This document shows positions 7,690 through 15,591 of a DNA stretch of 59,222 nucleotides, one piece after another. Numbering within the stretch: position 1 is the first letter of the stretch; every line of letters starts with the position of its first letter. The DNA lies in contig JAISDW010000147.1 of assembly GCA_031264445.1 (NCBI GenBank), forward strand, positions 1 through 59,222. The letters run 5' to 3'. The DNA comes from Elusimicrobiota bacterium. Lineage in GTDB: Bacteria > Elusimicrobiota > Elusimicrobia > Elusimicrobiales > Elusimicrobiaceae. Below the pieces are notes generated by a model. It saw only the letters and a program-made list of their open reading frames with translations, was not told the origin of the DNA and made no database searches. The translations under genes were made by a program, and so were the position numbers.

Positions 7690-8601
7690 ATGAAAGCGTT
7701 ATTTAATATATGTATGGCTTTAGCGTTTACGCTTATTTTAGCTTACCCGTCCAATGCGCAGGAAAATAAACCCGGCGGCTGGATGGATAATGACTTCCCT
7801 GTTTCTGACATGGACATTAAAACGTATAAAAAATTCTTGGAAGGAGAACTACCCAGAATAAAAGATGACAAACAAGCCTACCGGAAAGGATGGGAAAAAC
7901 TCCAGGCGGCGCAAGACGCCATAGACAGCAGAAACGATGCCATAAAGCAATCCCAAGAATCATATTTAGACGCGGTGCTTACTGTGGACTTTAAAGAGGA
8001 CCTTATTCAAAGCCGCCGCTGCAAAGCTATTGTGATTAATGATAACTGGGCATTTATGAGTTCCTTATGCCAGCCCGCTAAAGATACGGACCTTACTATC
8101 TCCGGCACCAAAATAACAAAATTTACGGCGCCCTATAAAAACGTGAAGTTCGTAAAAAATACCGGGACAGACGGGATATTTATATATGCGGGAAATAAAA
8201 CTTTTGCCGCGGCGGCTAAACCGATGTTCCTGATTCAAAATGACAGGGCCTCTAAAAAAGAAGAAAATATAAAACAGGGCGATACTGTCATGTACAAAGG
8301 AGACAAACGCGAAGTTAAAGAGATTTGCGCCGGCGGCGTTTGCAAAATTGAGGGCCAGTTTAACTTTGGCAAAACGGATCATCTGGGCGAGCCGGCTTTT
8401 TATAAAGCCCCTGGCGGCGGCGAGTATTTTATGGGTTTTTTTGAAGACGACGCGATGTTCCTTAACACCTCTTTATACCGTCCGGAGATACAGCCGCTTA
8501 AAATAGACGAAAAAACCCTCGCGAATATTTTGGGGGACGAATTTGACAGAGATATGCGGTTGCGTTTTGTTTATAAATCGGACGCCGCGGAAGTTAAATA
8601 G
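7690..8601 (+). CDS. Hypothetical secreted protein (possible degenerate trypsin-like fold)
   Basis: Signal peptide MKALFNICMALAFTLILAYPSNAQ. AGGAG SD 18 nt after the previous stop. CKAIVINDNWAFMSSLC spacing recalls the CGG..W.LTAAHC disulfide loop but lacks His. Speculative. Confidence 0.7.
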   Translation: MKALFNICMALAFTLILAYPSNAQENKPGGWMDNDFPVSDMDIKTYKKFLEGELPRIKDDKQAYRKGWEKLQAAQDAIDSRNDAIKQSQESYLDAVLTVDFKEDLIQSRRCKAIVINDNWAFMSSLCQPAKDTDLTISGTKITKFTAPYKNVKFVKNTGTDGIFIYAGNKTFAAAAKPMFLIQNDRASKKEENIKQGDTVMYKGDKREVKEICAGGVCKIEGQFNFGKTDHLGEPAFYKAPGGGEYFMGFFEDDAMFLNTSLYRPEIQPLKIDEKTLANILGDEFDRDMRLRFVYKSDAAEVK

Positions 8602-8652
8602 TATTTAAGCAAACAAAAAAAACTCCGCCATAAAGCGGTGGCTTTTTAATAT

Positions 8653-9157
8653 CCACCCTCACCCGCTCACTGCGTTCACCGCCCTCTCCCATCATAAAGG
8701 GAGAGGGAAAACTGCTTATGTCGTCATTCTAAAAACCGCATTCACAGCGGTTTTTAGAATCTATGCGCAAAGCGCATGTCTGAATTTATGCTTTTCAACT
8801 TTAATAACAACGCCAATTTGATATAACCGTTTTCAATGGTAAAAGATTCTCAAACGCGCATCAAAAGCGCGTTTGAGAATGACGGCTCTTAACCCTGTTG
8901 CTAGGCACGAAGGGAGATGGAGAAAAAAATGGAGCCCTCTCTTGACCACCCCGCCCGTCTTCGCTTCGCCCGTCTTCGCTACGCTACGCCGTGGCTCGCT
9001 ATGGCGTGGCCACCCCTCCATTGGAGGGGAATTAAGAGAGAGGGTGATGTAAATATTATGCCGAAGAACGCTGCTTAAGTTAGAAGAATATTGCGAAGTC
9101 TATTCCCCTCTCCCTTGATGGGAGAGGGCGGCGAACGCAGTGAGCGGGTGAGGGTGG
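8653..9157. repeat. Intergenic repeat mosaic locus 2 (505-bp composite bounded by CCACCCTCACC...GGTGAGGGTGG)
   Basis: Contains U1(+) 8653-8707, U4 8726-8760, palindromic module 8761-8791 (inverted copy of 872-902) and a U4 variant 8846-8880. Also U3 8946-9044, spacer module 9045-9104 (inverted copy of 1070-1130) and U1(-) 9105-9157. Confidence 0.85.
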
Positions 9158-9170
9158 AAATGCTACACTA

Positions 9171-9204
9171 AAATCCCCGCGTATTTAATACGTGGGGATT
9201 TTTG
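9171..9204 (+). terminator. Rho-independent terminator-like hairpin
   Basis: AATCCCCGCGT-ATTTAAT-ACGTGGGGATT followed by TTTTT. Sequence closely resembles the terminator at 7036-7076. Confidence 0.55.
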
Positions 9205-9214
9205 CGTTTACCTC

Positions 9215-9243
9215 TTGCGCAAGCAGATTGATTTTAGTATATA
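9215..9243 (+). promoter_or_regulatory. Putative promoter of the second pilin-like gene
   Basis: TTGCGC-17 nt-TATATA. The region through the start codon aligns with the minus-strand region upstream of 1892. Confidence 0.5.
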
Positions 9244-9282
9244 ATTATGTAGGTATATAACTAAAATTACGAGGATAAACAC

Positions 9283-9786
9283 ATGAATATTGGTAAAAAA
9301 GCTTTTACTCTAATTGAATTATTAGTCGTTGTTTTAATCATCGGCATACTCGCCGCAATTGCGCTGCCACAATATCAAACAGCCGTGCTAAAGACGCGTT
9401 TTGCGACACTGATGAATAACGCTCATACAATCAAAAACGCGGCAGAGATGTATTACCTCACCAACGGATATTATCCCAGCTCATTTATGGAATTTGATAT
9501 TGATATTCCAGGTTATGCAAAAGACGCCGGTAATATCCGTTGCTTAAAATGCAATATAGATTATGAGCTTAAAGGCGTTCCGGCATACGCTATTGACGGA
9601 GTAATGGGGTCAACCATGGGAGCTTACGGCGGTAATCATGTAATTATATACAGGCTATATTTTGACAGGACAGACGGTAATTCCGGCAAAAGAAGGTGTA
9701 TTGCAAATAAAAATTTCCCGACCTCTTTAAAGGTTTGCCAAAGCGTCGGCAAAACCCAGCTGAGTGAAACTACTTGGGAAATGTAA
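9283..9786 (+). CDS. Type IV pilin-like protein (prepilin-type N-terminal cleavage/methylation domain)
   Basis: MNIGKKAFTLIELLVVVLIIGILAAIALPQY leader and helix. C-terminal domain is unrelated to that of the 1320-1892 paralog. Confidence 0.85.
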   Translation: MNIGKKAFTLIELLVVVLIIGILAAIALPQYQTAVLKTRFATLMNNAHTIKNAAEMYYLTNGYYPSSFMEFDIDIPGYAKDAGNIRCLKCNIDYELKGVPAYAIDGVMGSTMGAYGGNHVIIYRLYFDRTDGNSGKRRCIANKNFPTSLKVCQSVGKTQLSETTWEM

Positions 9787-9894
9787 GTTCCGGCTTTTTT
9801 GAAAAATTATCTACGGCAACGGGCAAAAAACGCTCTATTACGGAAATGTCTTTACGGCCTGACCTCGCTCGTTTTAAATGCGCCGAGGTTTTTT

Positions 9895-10046
9895 ATCCGC
9901 CCTCACCCCGACCCCAAGGTGGGGCCCCCGGCCCTCTCTTGGGCCGCCCCGTCCCAGCCTTCGCTTCGCCCGTCTTCGCTACGCTACGCCGTGGCTCGCT
10001 ACGGCGAGGCCACCCCTCCATTGGAGAGGAATTAAGGGAGAGGGAG
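9895..10046. repeat. Intergenic repeat mosaic locus 3
   Basis: Degenerate short U1-like unit (CCGCCCTCACCCCGACCCC..GGGG) followed by U3 at 9947-10044, nearly identical to 8946-9044. Confidence 0.8.
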
Positions 10047-10074
10047 CAAAGAGATAAGGTTCGGCTATAAAATC

Positions 10075-11256
10075 CTACCGCACCTCAAGCAGCGCGAAGT
10101 GCAAATATTCCGTCTCAGGCATGCCGAGTAAAACCGGATGGTCTTTGGCTTGTCCGCGCAGCTCCGTCATGGCGACTTTTTTACCGGCTTTGGCCGCGGC
10201 GGACCTAATAATATCAACAAAAATCTCACGCGTGATATGATGGGAGCAGGCTGAAGTCGCCAGCAGCCCGCCCTTTTCAAGGCCTTCCAACGCCATTTTA
10301 TTTAACTTAATATAGAGGTTCACGGCCTGCGGCAAAGCCTTGCGGTTTTTGACGAAGGCCGGCGGGTCCAATAAAATCATATCGGGCTTTTGTGGCAGCT
10401 CGCCGCGCATATTGGCGGATAATAATCTTTCCGCGTCGTCGCGGCGGTACTGGCAGATATCGGCCACGCTGTTAAGCTCGGCGTTTTTCTGCGCATATTC
10501 CACGGCGGCGGCGGAAGAATCGCAGCCCCATACGGCAGCCGCGCCGTTAAGCGCCGCGTTTATGCCGAAGGCGCCGCTGTAGCTGTATAAATCCAGCACA
10601 ATCCTGTCCCTGAAATAAGGCTTGAGGCAGGCGCGGTTGTCGCGCTGGTCAAAATAAAAACCGGTTTTCTGTCCGCCGGAAAGCGGCACAAGGTATTTGG
10701 CTTTATTTTCTTCTATTTCTGCTTCCCGCGGGATATCGCCAACCGTGTGCGGCGCATTGCCCAGGCCTTCAAGCGCGCGGAACGAGCTGTCGTTCTTAAA
10801 CACTATGCCCTGAGGCTTAAAAATTTTCTGCGCGGCGGCAAGGATTTCTTCTTTAAGTTTTTCCATGCCGGCAGTGAGGATTTCTATCACCAGATAATCG
10901 CCGTATCTGTCTATTACCAGGCCCGGGAGCGCGTCGGCCTCCCCGTAGCACATACGGCCGTATTTGCGTATGCCGTACTGCTTGCGCCAGGATACCGCGG
11001 CGTCAATATTTTCAAAAATAAAATTTGCGGGAAGTTCTTCTTCCCCGCGCGTTATTAGGCGCGCCGCAATGAGGCTGTGCGGGTTAAAAAAACCCGCGCC
11101 CAGCAATGCGCCGCGGCTGTCCAGCACGCGCACTATTGAGCCGGGTTCAATGGTTTTGTCAATCTGCTCAAGCTCGTTGGAAAATATCCAGCAGTGGCCT
11201 TTCAAAATCCTGTGTTCTTCTTTTGCTCTTAATTTAATTTCTTTCATATTTATCAA
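10075..11256 (-). CDS. Class I SAM-dependent rRNA (cytosine-C5) methyltransferase, RlmI-like (PUA + MTase)
   Basis: N-terminal PUA-like GHCWIFSNE..PGSIVRVLD.RGALLGAGFFNPHS and C-terminal MTase motifs VLDLYSYSGAFG and LDPPAF. Confidence 0.8.
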   Translation of the reverse strand: MINMKEIKLRAKEEHRILKGHCWIFSNELEQIDKTIEPGSIVRVLDSRGALLGAGFFNPHSLIAARLITRGEEELPANFIFENIDAAVSWRKQYGIRKYGRMCYGEADALPGLVIDRYGDYLVIEILTAGMEKLKEEILAAAQKIFKPQGIVFKNDSSFRALEGLGNAPHTVGDIPREAEIEENKAKYLVPLSGGQKTGFYFDQRDNRACLKPYFRDRIVLDLYSYSGAFGINAALNGAAAVWGCDSSAAAVEYAQKNAELNSVADICQYRRDDAERLLSANMRGELPQKPDMILLDPPAFVKNRKALPQAVNLYIKLNKMALEGLEKGGLLATSACSHHITREIFVDIIRSAAAKAGKKVAMTELRGQAKDHPVLLGMPETEYLHFALLEVR

Positions 11257-11816
11257 CCCGCCTTGTCCAATTTAATTTTTGCCCTGCACATGGGGCAGCT
11301 TTCCGGCGCGTAAGTATCCAGCGGGTAGCACAGCAGCGAGCGCAGCGCAAGATTGCCCACCGCGCCGCCCGAAGACCTGTCCACAATCACCGCCACGCCG
11401 AGCACGTTCGCGCCCAGCAGCTCGGCAAGTTTGGCAGCCTCACTCACTTTGCGGCCCGTCATGGTGACATTATCAACTATCAGAACATTTTCGCCCGCGC
11501 GGATAATCATGCCGCCCTTAAGTTTCATAACCCCGTTTTCCATAAACGCAAAAACCGCGCGCGCGCCTTTGACCCTTGCAACCTCCTGCGCGATAATCGC
11601 GTTTTCAACGGTGGCGGCAAAAATGACGTCAGCCTTCTTGTCAAACAAATCCGCCAGCGCACGGGCTATTTTGGCGGCGATGCTCGGGTACTGCATTATG
11701 ACGGAAGTATCCACATAGCTCTGCACGTGCAGGCCGCCGGCGAGCTCAAAATGGCCGTCTTTTAGCGCGGCGTTCTCGCCGAGGATGCTTATAATGTCCA
11801 ACTTGGGCTTTTTCAT
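11253..11816 (-). CDS. Phosphoribosyltransferase family protein (PyrE-like)
   Basis: PRPP-binding loop VLIVDNVTMTGRK and FELAGGLHVQSYVD resemble short orotate PRTases. Overlaps the next gene by 4 nt. Confidence 0.65.
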   Translation of the reverse strand: MKKPKLDIISILGENAALKDGHFELAGGLHVQSYVDTSVIMQYPSIAAKIARALADLFDKKADVIFAATVENAIIAQEVARVKGARAVFAFMENGVMKLKGGMIIRAGENVLIVDNVTMTGRKVSEAAKLAELLGANVLGVAVIVDRSSGGAVGNLALRSLLCYPLDTYAPESCPMCRAKIKLDKAG

Positions 11817-11822
11817 GGCTGG

Positions 11823-14111
11823 TTAGTTCTCCTTTGCGAATTTTTTGACGGCCGCGAAATCCGTGCGCAGCCCGCGCTCGCGCGCGGCTTTTATCTGGCT
11901 GCCGGTCTTCTTGGGGCTTTTTATGGCGACGGCCGGCTTCATCATGCCGCCCGAAGTGCGGAAAGACAGGGCCGGCTCGCCGGATTCGTCGGTAAGATTT
12001 TCCGAAAGCACGCCGCGCTTTGACGTGTTTTTGAACATGGTAAAAATATCAAGGTCCATATCCTCGCCCACCCAGTCCACGCGGCCGGCGACCGTCGCTG
12101 CTATCACGCGCCCGTCAAGATAAAAATTATTTATATCCATTTTGCCTTTATCAAAATCCGCCGAGGCGGTCAGAATTTCAAAAGGCGTATCCTTAAGCAC
12201 CTGGCCCATTTTGAAGGAGCCCATCCTCTCCATATTATTCATGATAACAAAAGGCTGGAAGGCAATGCCGAGGGCTTTCCACCTGTCCGCCGCTTCCTGT
12301 AGGCGCAGAATGGTGCCGTTTTCAAGCCGGAGGTCTATTTTGCCGTCAAGTTTGTCCATGCCCGGGAGGAGGTTTTTGAGATTAACCTCGGCGTTAAAAT
12401 TGCTGCCCGTGGCTATAGGGCTTATAAAATTTTCGGCGAAGATCACGCCGCTTACGTTCGGCATAAAAGCCGGCAGCGCCGCGCGGAAATTGCGCAGCCA
12501 GTCAAGGCTGCTTGTATCCTTCTTGGGTGTACCGCCTCCTTTATCATTGCCGGCCAGCGCGGCTACAAAATCTTCCACGGTTTCAAAAACTTCCACGGGG
12601 TCAAAACGCTCAACGTGCAGCATTGTTCTGACAGTCCTGCTTTTTTTGCTTCGGACTTTGGCTATCGCAACGCTCATTTTAATCTTCTGCCCGTTGAAGA
12701 GCGAGGACTTATCAAGCAGAGCGTAAAAATTCTGTTTTTTATGCTCGTAAGACGCTTTGCCCATGATATTGCTTACGGTCTGGCGGCCAACTTTAAAAAC
12801 GCCGTCCTGCACCGCGGCAGACATAAAATCAAAATCCGCCTCGGCCGTGTATTTGGCTTTAACATTTTCTATCGTAAAATTGCTTATAAGGGCCGATACT
12901 CCGTTAAGCTCGGCGGAGATTTTGGGGAAAGCCGCGCGGCCGGCCGTATAAACAAAACTGCCCTCGGCCGATATTTTGCCTTTGACGGAATAAGGCTTAA
13001 GTAGGCCCGCGTAATCGGCCCTGGAGGCTTCAAATTCCTTCGTCTTAAAATCCAGCTCCGCGCGCGGCGCGCCGCCTGCGGCGTCAAAACTGCCGGAGAC
13101 GTCAATATTTATATCTTTATTTTTGATATTTAGCGACGGGATACGGACTTTTTTAAACCCGTCTTCAAAAGCCAGTTTCGCTTTAATATTGACGGCCGGC
13201 AGTTCAAAATCAAAATGTTTGGAGGCGAAAAGCGAAAGATCCTCATGCTTAAAAGCCGGCAGCGCGGCGGTTACCACGGCGCGCGGCGCGGAAAAATTTT
13301 CCGCTTCGGCATTGAAAGCCAGCGGTTTTTTGAAGCCGCGTATTTCAAAGCGCGCGTTTTTGAGCGCCATCTCCGCCGGCTTGAAAGAAGCCAGATTTAC
13401 GGAGCCTTTGCTTGAAATCTCCGTCTCAATAATCTTATCTTTTATTTTATTGCGCAGCACGAAGTTCAAATCATATTCCGTAAAGTCGTTGAAGCGGAGA
13501 TTCTCAAACCGCACCGATACCCCGTTAAGCGAATGGCTGATATTGCCCTTTACGTCGCGGTAGCTGAAAGTGCCGTTGGTGAGCGTCCAGTCCTCTATTA
13601 TCACCCGCAGGGGGCTACCGTCGGGCGCGGCGGCCTCAAACTGCGTGCCGCGCGCGATTTGGCTGCCGCTTATCTTCAAACCCGCCGTATTGAGCGCGCC
13701 GTCTTTATCTTTTATAATGCTGACGGCGGGCTGGTTTAAAATCACTTCGTTTATCACGATGTGCCCGTACCTTATGGGCAGCAAATCGTAGCGGATTATG
13801 ACGGAGCCCACGGACACAAGCTCATTATAACTTTCACCGTTATCTATGATTTTCAAATTTTTGATTTCCACCGCGTTTATGGAGACAAGTTTTATCCCTT
13901 CCATAACAACTGGCCGGTCAAAGGCGCGGGACAGGCCCTGCGTAAGCATATTGCCTATGCCCTGCGCGTTAAAATACCTGAGCGCGGCAAACCACGCGGC
14001 GCACATAAGCGCGGCCGTCACGACGGCCAGCACAAAAAACGCGCGGATGATATTGCGCGCGGCAAAGCGCAGCGCGCGCCAGCAGTAAGCCAGAAATTTC
14101 TTTTTCCTCAT
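11823..14111 (-). CDS. AsmA-family-like large envelope protein
   Basis: N-terminal TM anchor, then a long beta-rich repetitive body and a C-terminal LDGRVIAATVAGRVDW..DLDIF segment resembling the AsmA C-terminal region. Assignment from general architecture only. Confidence 0.55.
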   Translation of the reverse strand: MRKKKFLAYCWRALRFAARNIIRAFFVLAVVTAALMCAAWFAALRYFNAQGIGNMLTQGLSRAFDRPVVMEGIKLVSINAVEIKNLKIIDNGESYNELVSVGSVIIRYDLLPIRYGHIVINEVILNQPAVSIIKDKDGALNTAGLKISGSQIARGTQFEAAAPDGSPLRVIIEDWTLTNGTFSYRDVKGNISHSLNGVSVRFENLRFNDFTEYDLNFVLRNKIKDKIIETEISSKGSVNLASFKPAEMALKNARFEIRGFKKPLAFNAEAENFSAPRAVVTAALPAFKHEDLSLFASKHFDFELPAVNIKAKLAFEDGFKKVRIPSLNIKNKDINIDVSGSFDAAGGAPRAELDFKTKEFEASRADYAGLLKPYSVKGKISAEGSFVYTAGRAAFPKISAELNGVSALISNFTIENVKAKYTAEADFDFMSAAVQDGVFKVGRQTVSNIMGKASYEHKKQNFYALLDKSSLFNGQKIKMSVAIAKVRSKKSRTVRTMLHVERFDPVEVFETVEDFVAALAGNDKGGGTPKKDTSSLDWLRNFRAALPAFMPNVSGVIFAENFISPIATGSNFNAEVNLKNLLPGMDKLDGKIDLRLENGTILRLQEAADRWKALGIAFQPFVIMNNMERMGSFKMGQVLKDTPFEILTASADFDKGKMDINNFYLDGRVIAATVAGRVDWVGEDMDLDIFTMFKNTSKRGVLSENLTDESGEPALSFRTSGGMMKPAVAIKSPKKTGSQIKAARERGLRTDFAAVKKFAKEN

Positions 14112-14794
14112 TTGCCAAAAGCCCTTATTATAAACTTGCCCGCAAAAACCCAGAAGTCGCGCGTATTGACGAGCACTTTCTTAATTATGCCCCATGCCGG
14201 CACCACTCCCGGGAAAAACATTTCCAAAAGCAGCAGCATTACGCACAGATTAAGCGCCGCGATAAGCGCGAATGAAAACAAATTGCCGCCGGCCGTTTTA
14301 ATATCGCTCTGCTCCGTCTCCGTCAGCGATTTATAAGTATGCGCGAAATGATGCGCCGTGAAAAACCCGAACAGGAAAACAAAGGTCCGCCTGTCCGCCG
14401 TGGCGTCAAAAAAACTTATTATGAAATACGCAAAAACCGCCGCAAAAGCAAACAGCGGGAAAACATAAGGCGCCAGCAGTATGAAAGTATTTACGCCGCT
14501 GACTTTAACATTGCCGCTGTCCCCGTTTACCGTCATGCTTTGCACCCTGTGGCCGCTAATCAGCGCGGCAGCGGCGTGCGCGGCCTCATGCGCGAGGACA
14601 TAAAGCCGCCCGAAGCCGTAAACAAATTTGTGCAGCAGCAGGTACAGGGCCGCGCCCAGCAGAAACCATAAAGTAATCCGCCAGCTTTTGACTAGCGCCC
14701 ACAAAATATCCGCAAAACCCAGGAAGACAAAAAGCGCCGTGGGCAGCAGCAGAAGGCCGGCGATGAATTTAAGCGGTCTTACAAGTTTGGGCAT
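14108..14794 (-). CDS. Integral membrane protein with HExxH motif (M50B/DUF3267-like putative metallopeptidase)
   Basis: Several TM helices and HEAAHAAAALISGH. Confidence 0.5.
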   Translation of the reverse strand: MPKLVRPLKFIAGLLLLPTALFVFLGFADILWALVKSWRITLWFLLGAALYLLLHKFVYGFGRLYVLAHEAAHAAAALISGHRVQSMTVNGDSGNVKVSGVNTFILLAPYVFPLFAFAAVFAYFIISFFDATADRRTFVFLFGFFTAHHFAHTYKSLTETEQSDIKTAGGNLFSFALIAALNLCVMLLLLEMFFPGVVPAWGIIKKVLVNTRDFWVFAGKFIIRAFGK

Positions 14795-14797
14795 AAA

Positions 14798-15517
14798 TCA
14801 GAACTTTTCTATCCATTCGCGGGTTTTATATACTTCCGCGGCAAGCGCGTACGCCTCGTTAAGCAGACTGTTGCCGGCCGGCTGAGCGGCAGGCGCCGCG
14901 CTGAAATATTTCAGGAAAGCGGCGCGCAGAGCGTTTTGATAATTTGCATTGCCACGCGCGGCAGGCAATTGCAAACTGCCCTGATACAAAACCGCGTCGC
15001 CGAAGCGGCGTATCGCGCCGCCCAGAACTTTTGCGCCGCCGTCATCAAGCAAATCGTCGCTTACCGGATTTGCAAAACAGTTTGCGGATACTCCGTTTGG
15101 CGCGGGCCGGTAGTCGCTCTGCTTGTCATATGCGCCAAGGGCCAGACCGGCGGCTTGAAATTCCTGCCGGATTGCTGCGTGCAGCGCGCCGTAAATCTGC
15201 TGCGGTTTTATCGCACCGGCTGCGGTAAAGAACAATGAAAATGTCAAATCGTCCTTATGCAGCACAACGCCGCCGCCCGTCGGCCGCCGCGTATATTGCG
15301 CAACGCCCGCCGCGTTGATTTGCGCGCGGGCCGTATTTTCAAATTGAGCGTAGCCGAAAGTCGCCGCCGCTCCGCTCCCGCCGCCGGCCGCCTGCGCCCA
15401 GTTGAAGAAGCGCGCCATGCATATATCCGGCCGCAGGTGTTTGGAGACCAACAGCTCGTCAATCGCCATATGCGCGTAAACGTCCAACGGCGGCGTTTCA
15501 ATAAAAATGCATTGCAT
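14798..15517 (-). CDS. Lipoate-protein ligase / octanoyltransferase family protein (BPL/LPL catalytic domain)
   Basis: TGGGVVLHKDDLTFSL-type motif and position immediately downstream of gcvPB. Lipoylation of GcvH is the expected role. Confidence 0.65.
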   Translation of the reverse strand: MQCIFIETPPLDVYAHMAIDELLVSKHLRPDICMARFFNWAQAAGGGSGAAATFGYAQFENTARAQINAAGVAQYTRRPTGGGVVLHKDDLTFSLFFTAAGAIKPQQIYGALHAAIRQEFQAAGLALGAYDKQSDYRPAPNGVSANCFANPVSDDLLDDGGAKVLGGAIRRFGDAVLYQGSLQLPAARGNANYQNALRAAFLKYFSAAPAAQPAGNSLLNEAYALAAEVYKTREWIEKF

Positions 15518-15555
15518 ACACCCTCACACCGCCCTCCCCCGCAAGCGGGAGAGGG
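15518..15555. repeat. Solitary U2 repeat unit in the gcvPB-lplA-like spacer
   Basis: ACACCCTCACACCGCCCTCCCCCGCAAGCGGGAGAGGG matches 1180-1214, 32149-32183 and 32733-32767. Confidence 0.7.
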
Positions 15556-15591
15556 AACATATTGTAAACTCCCGCGGGCGGAGTGGAAAAA

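Noticed and set aside
8653-9157. CRISPR array interpretation of the clustered repeats
   Set aside because: Units are of several different types, occur in both orientations with irregular spacing, and are themselves hairpins shared among distant loci. There are no uniform repeat-spacer periodicity and no cas genes.
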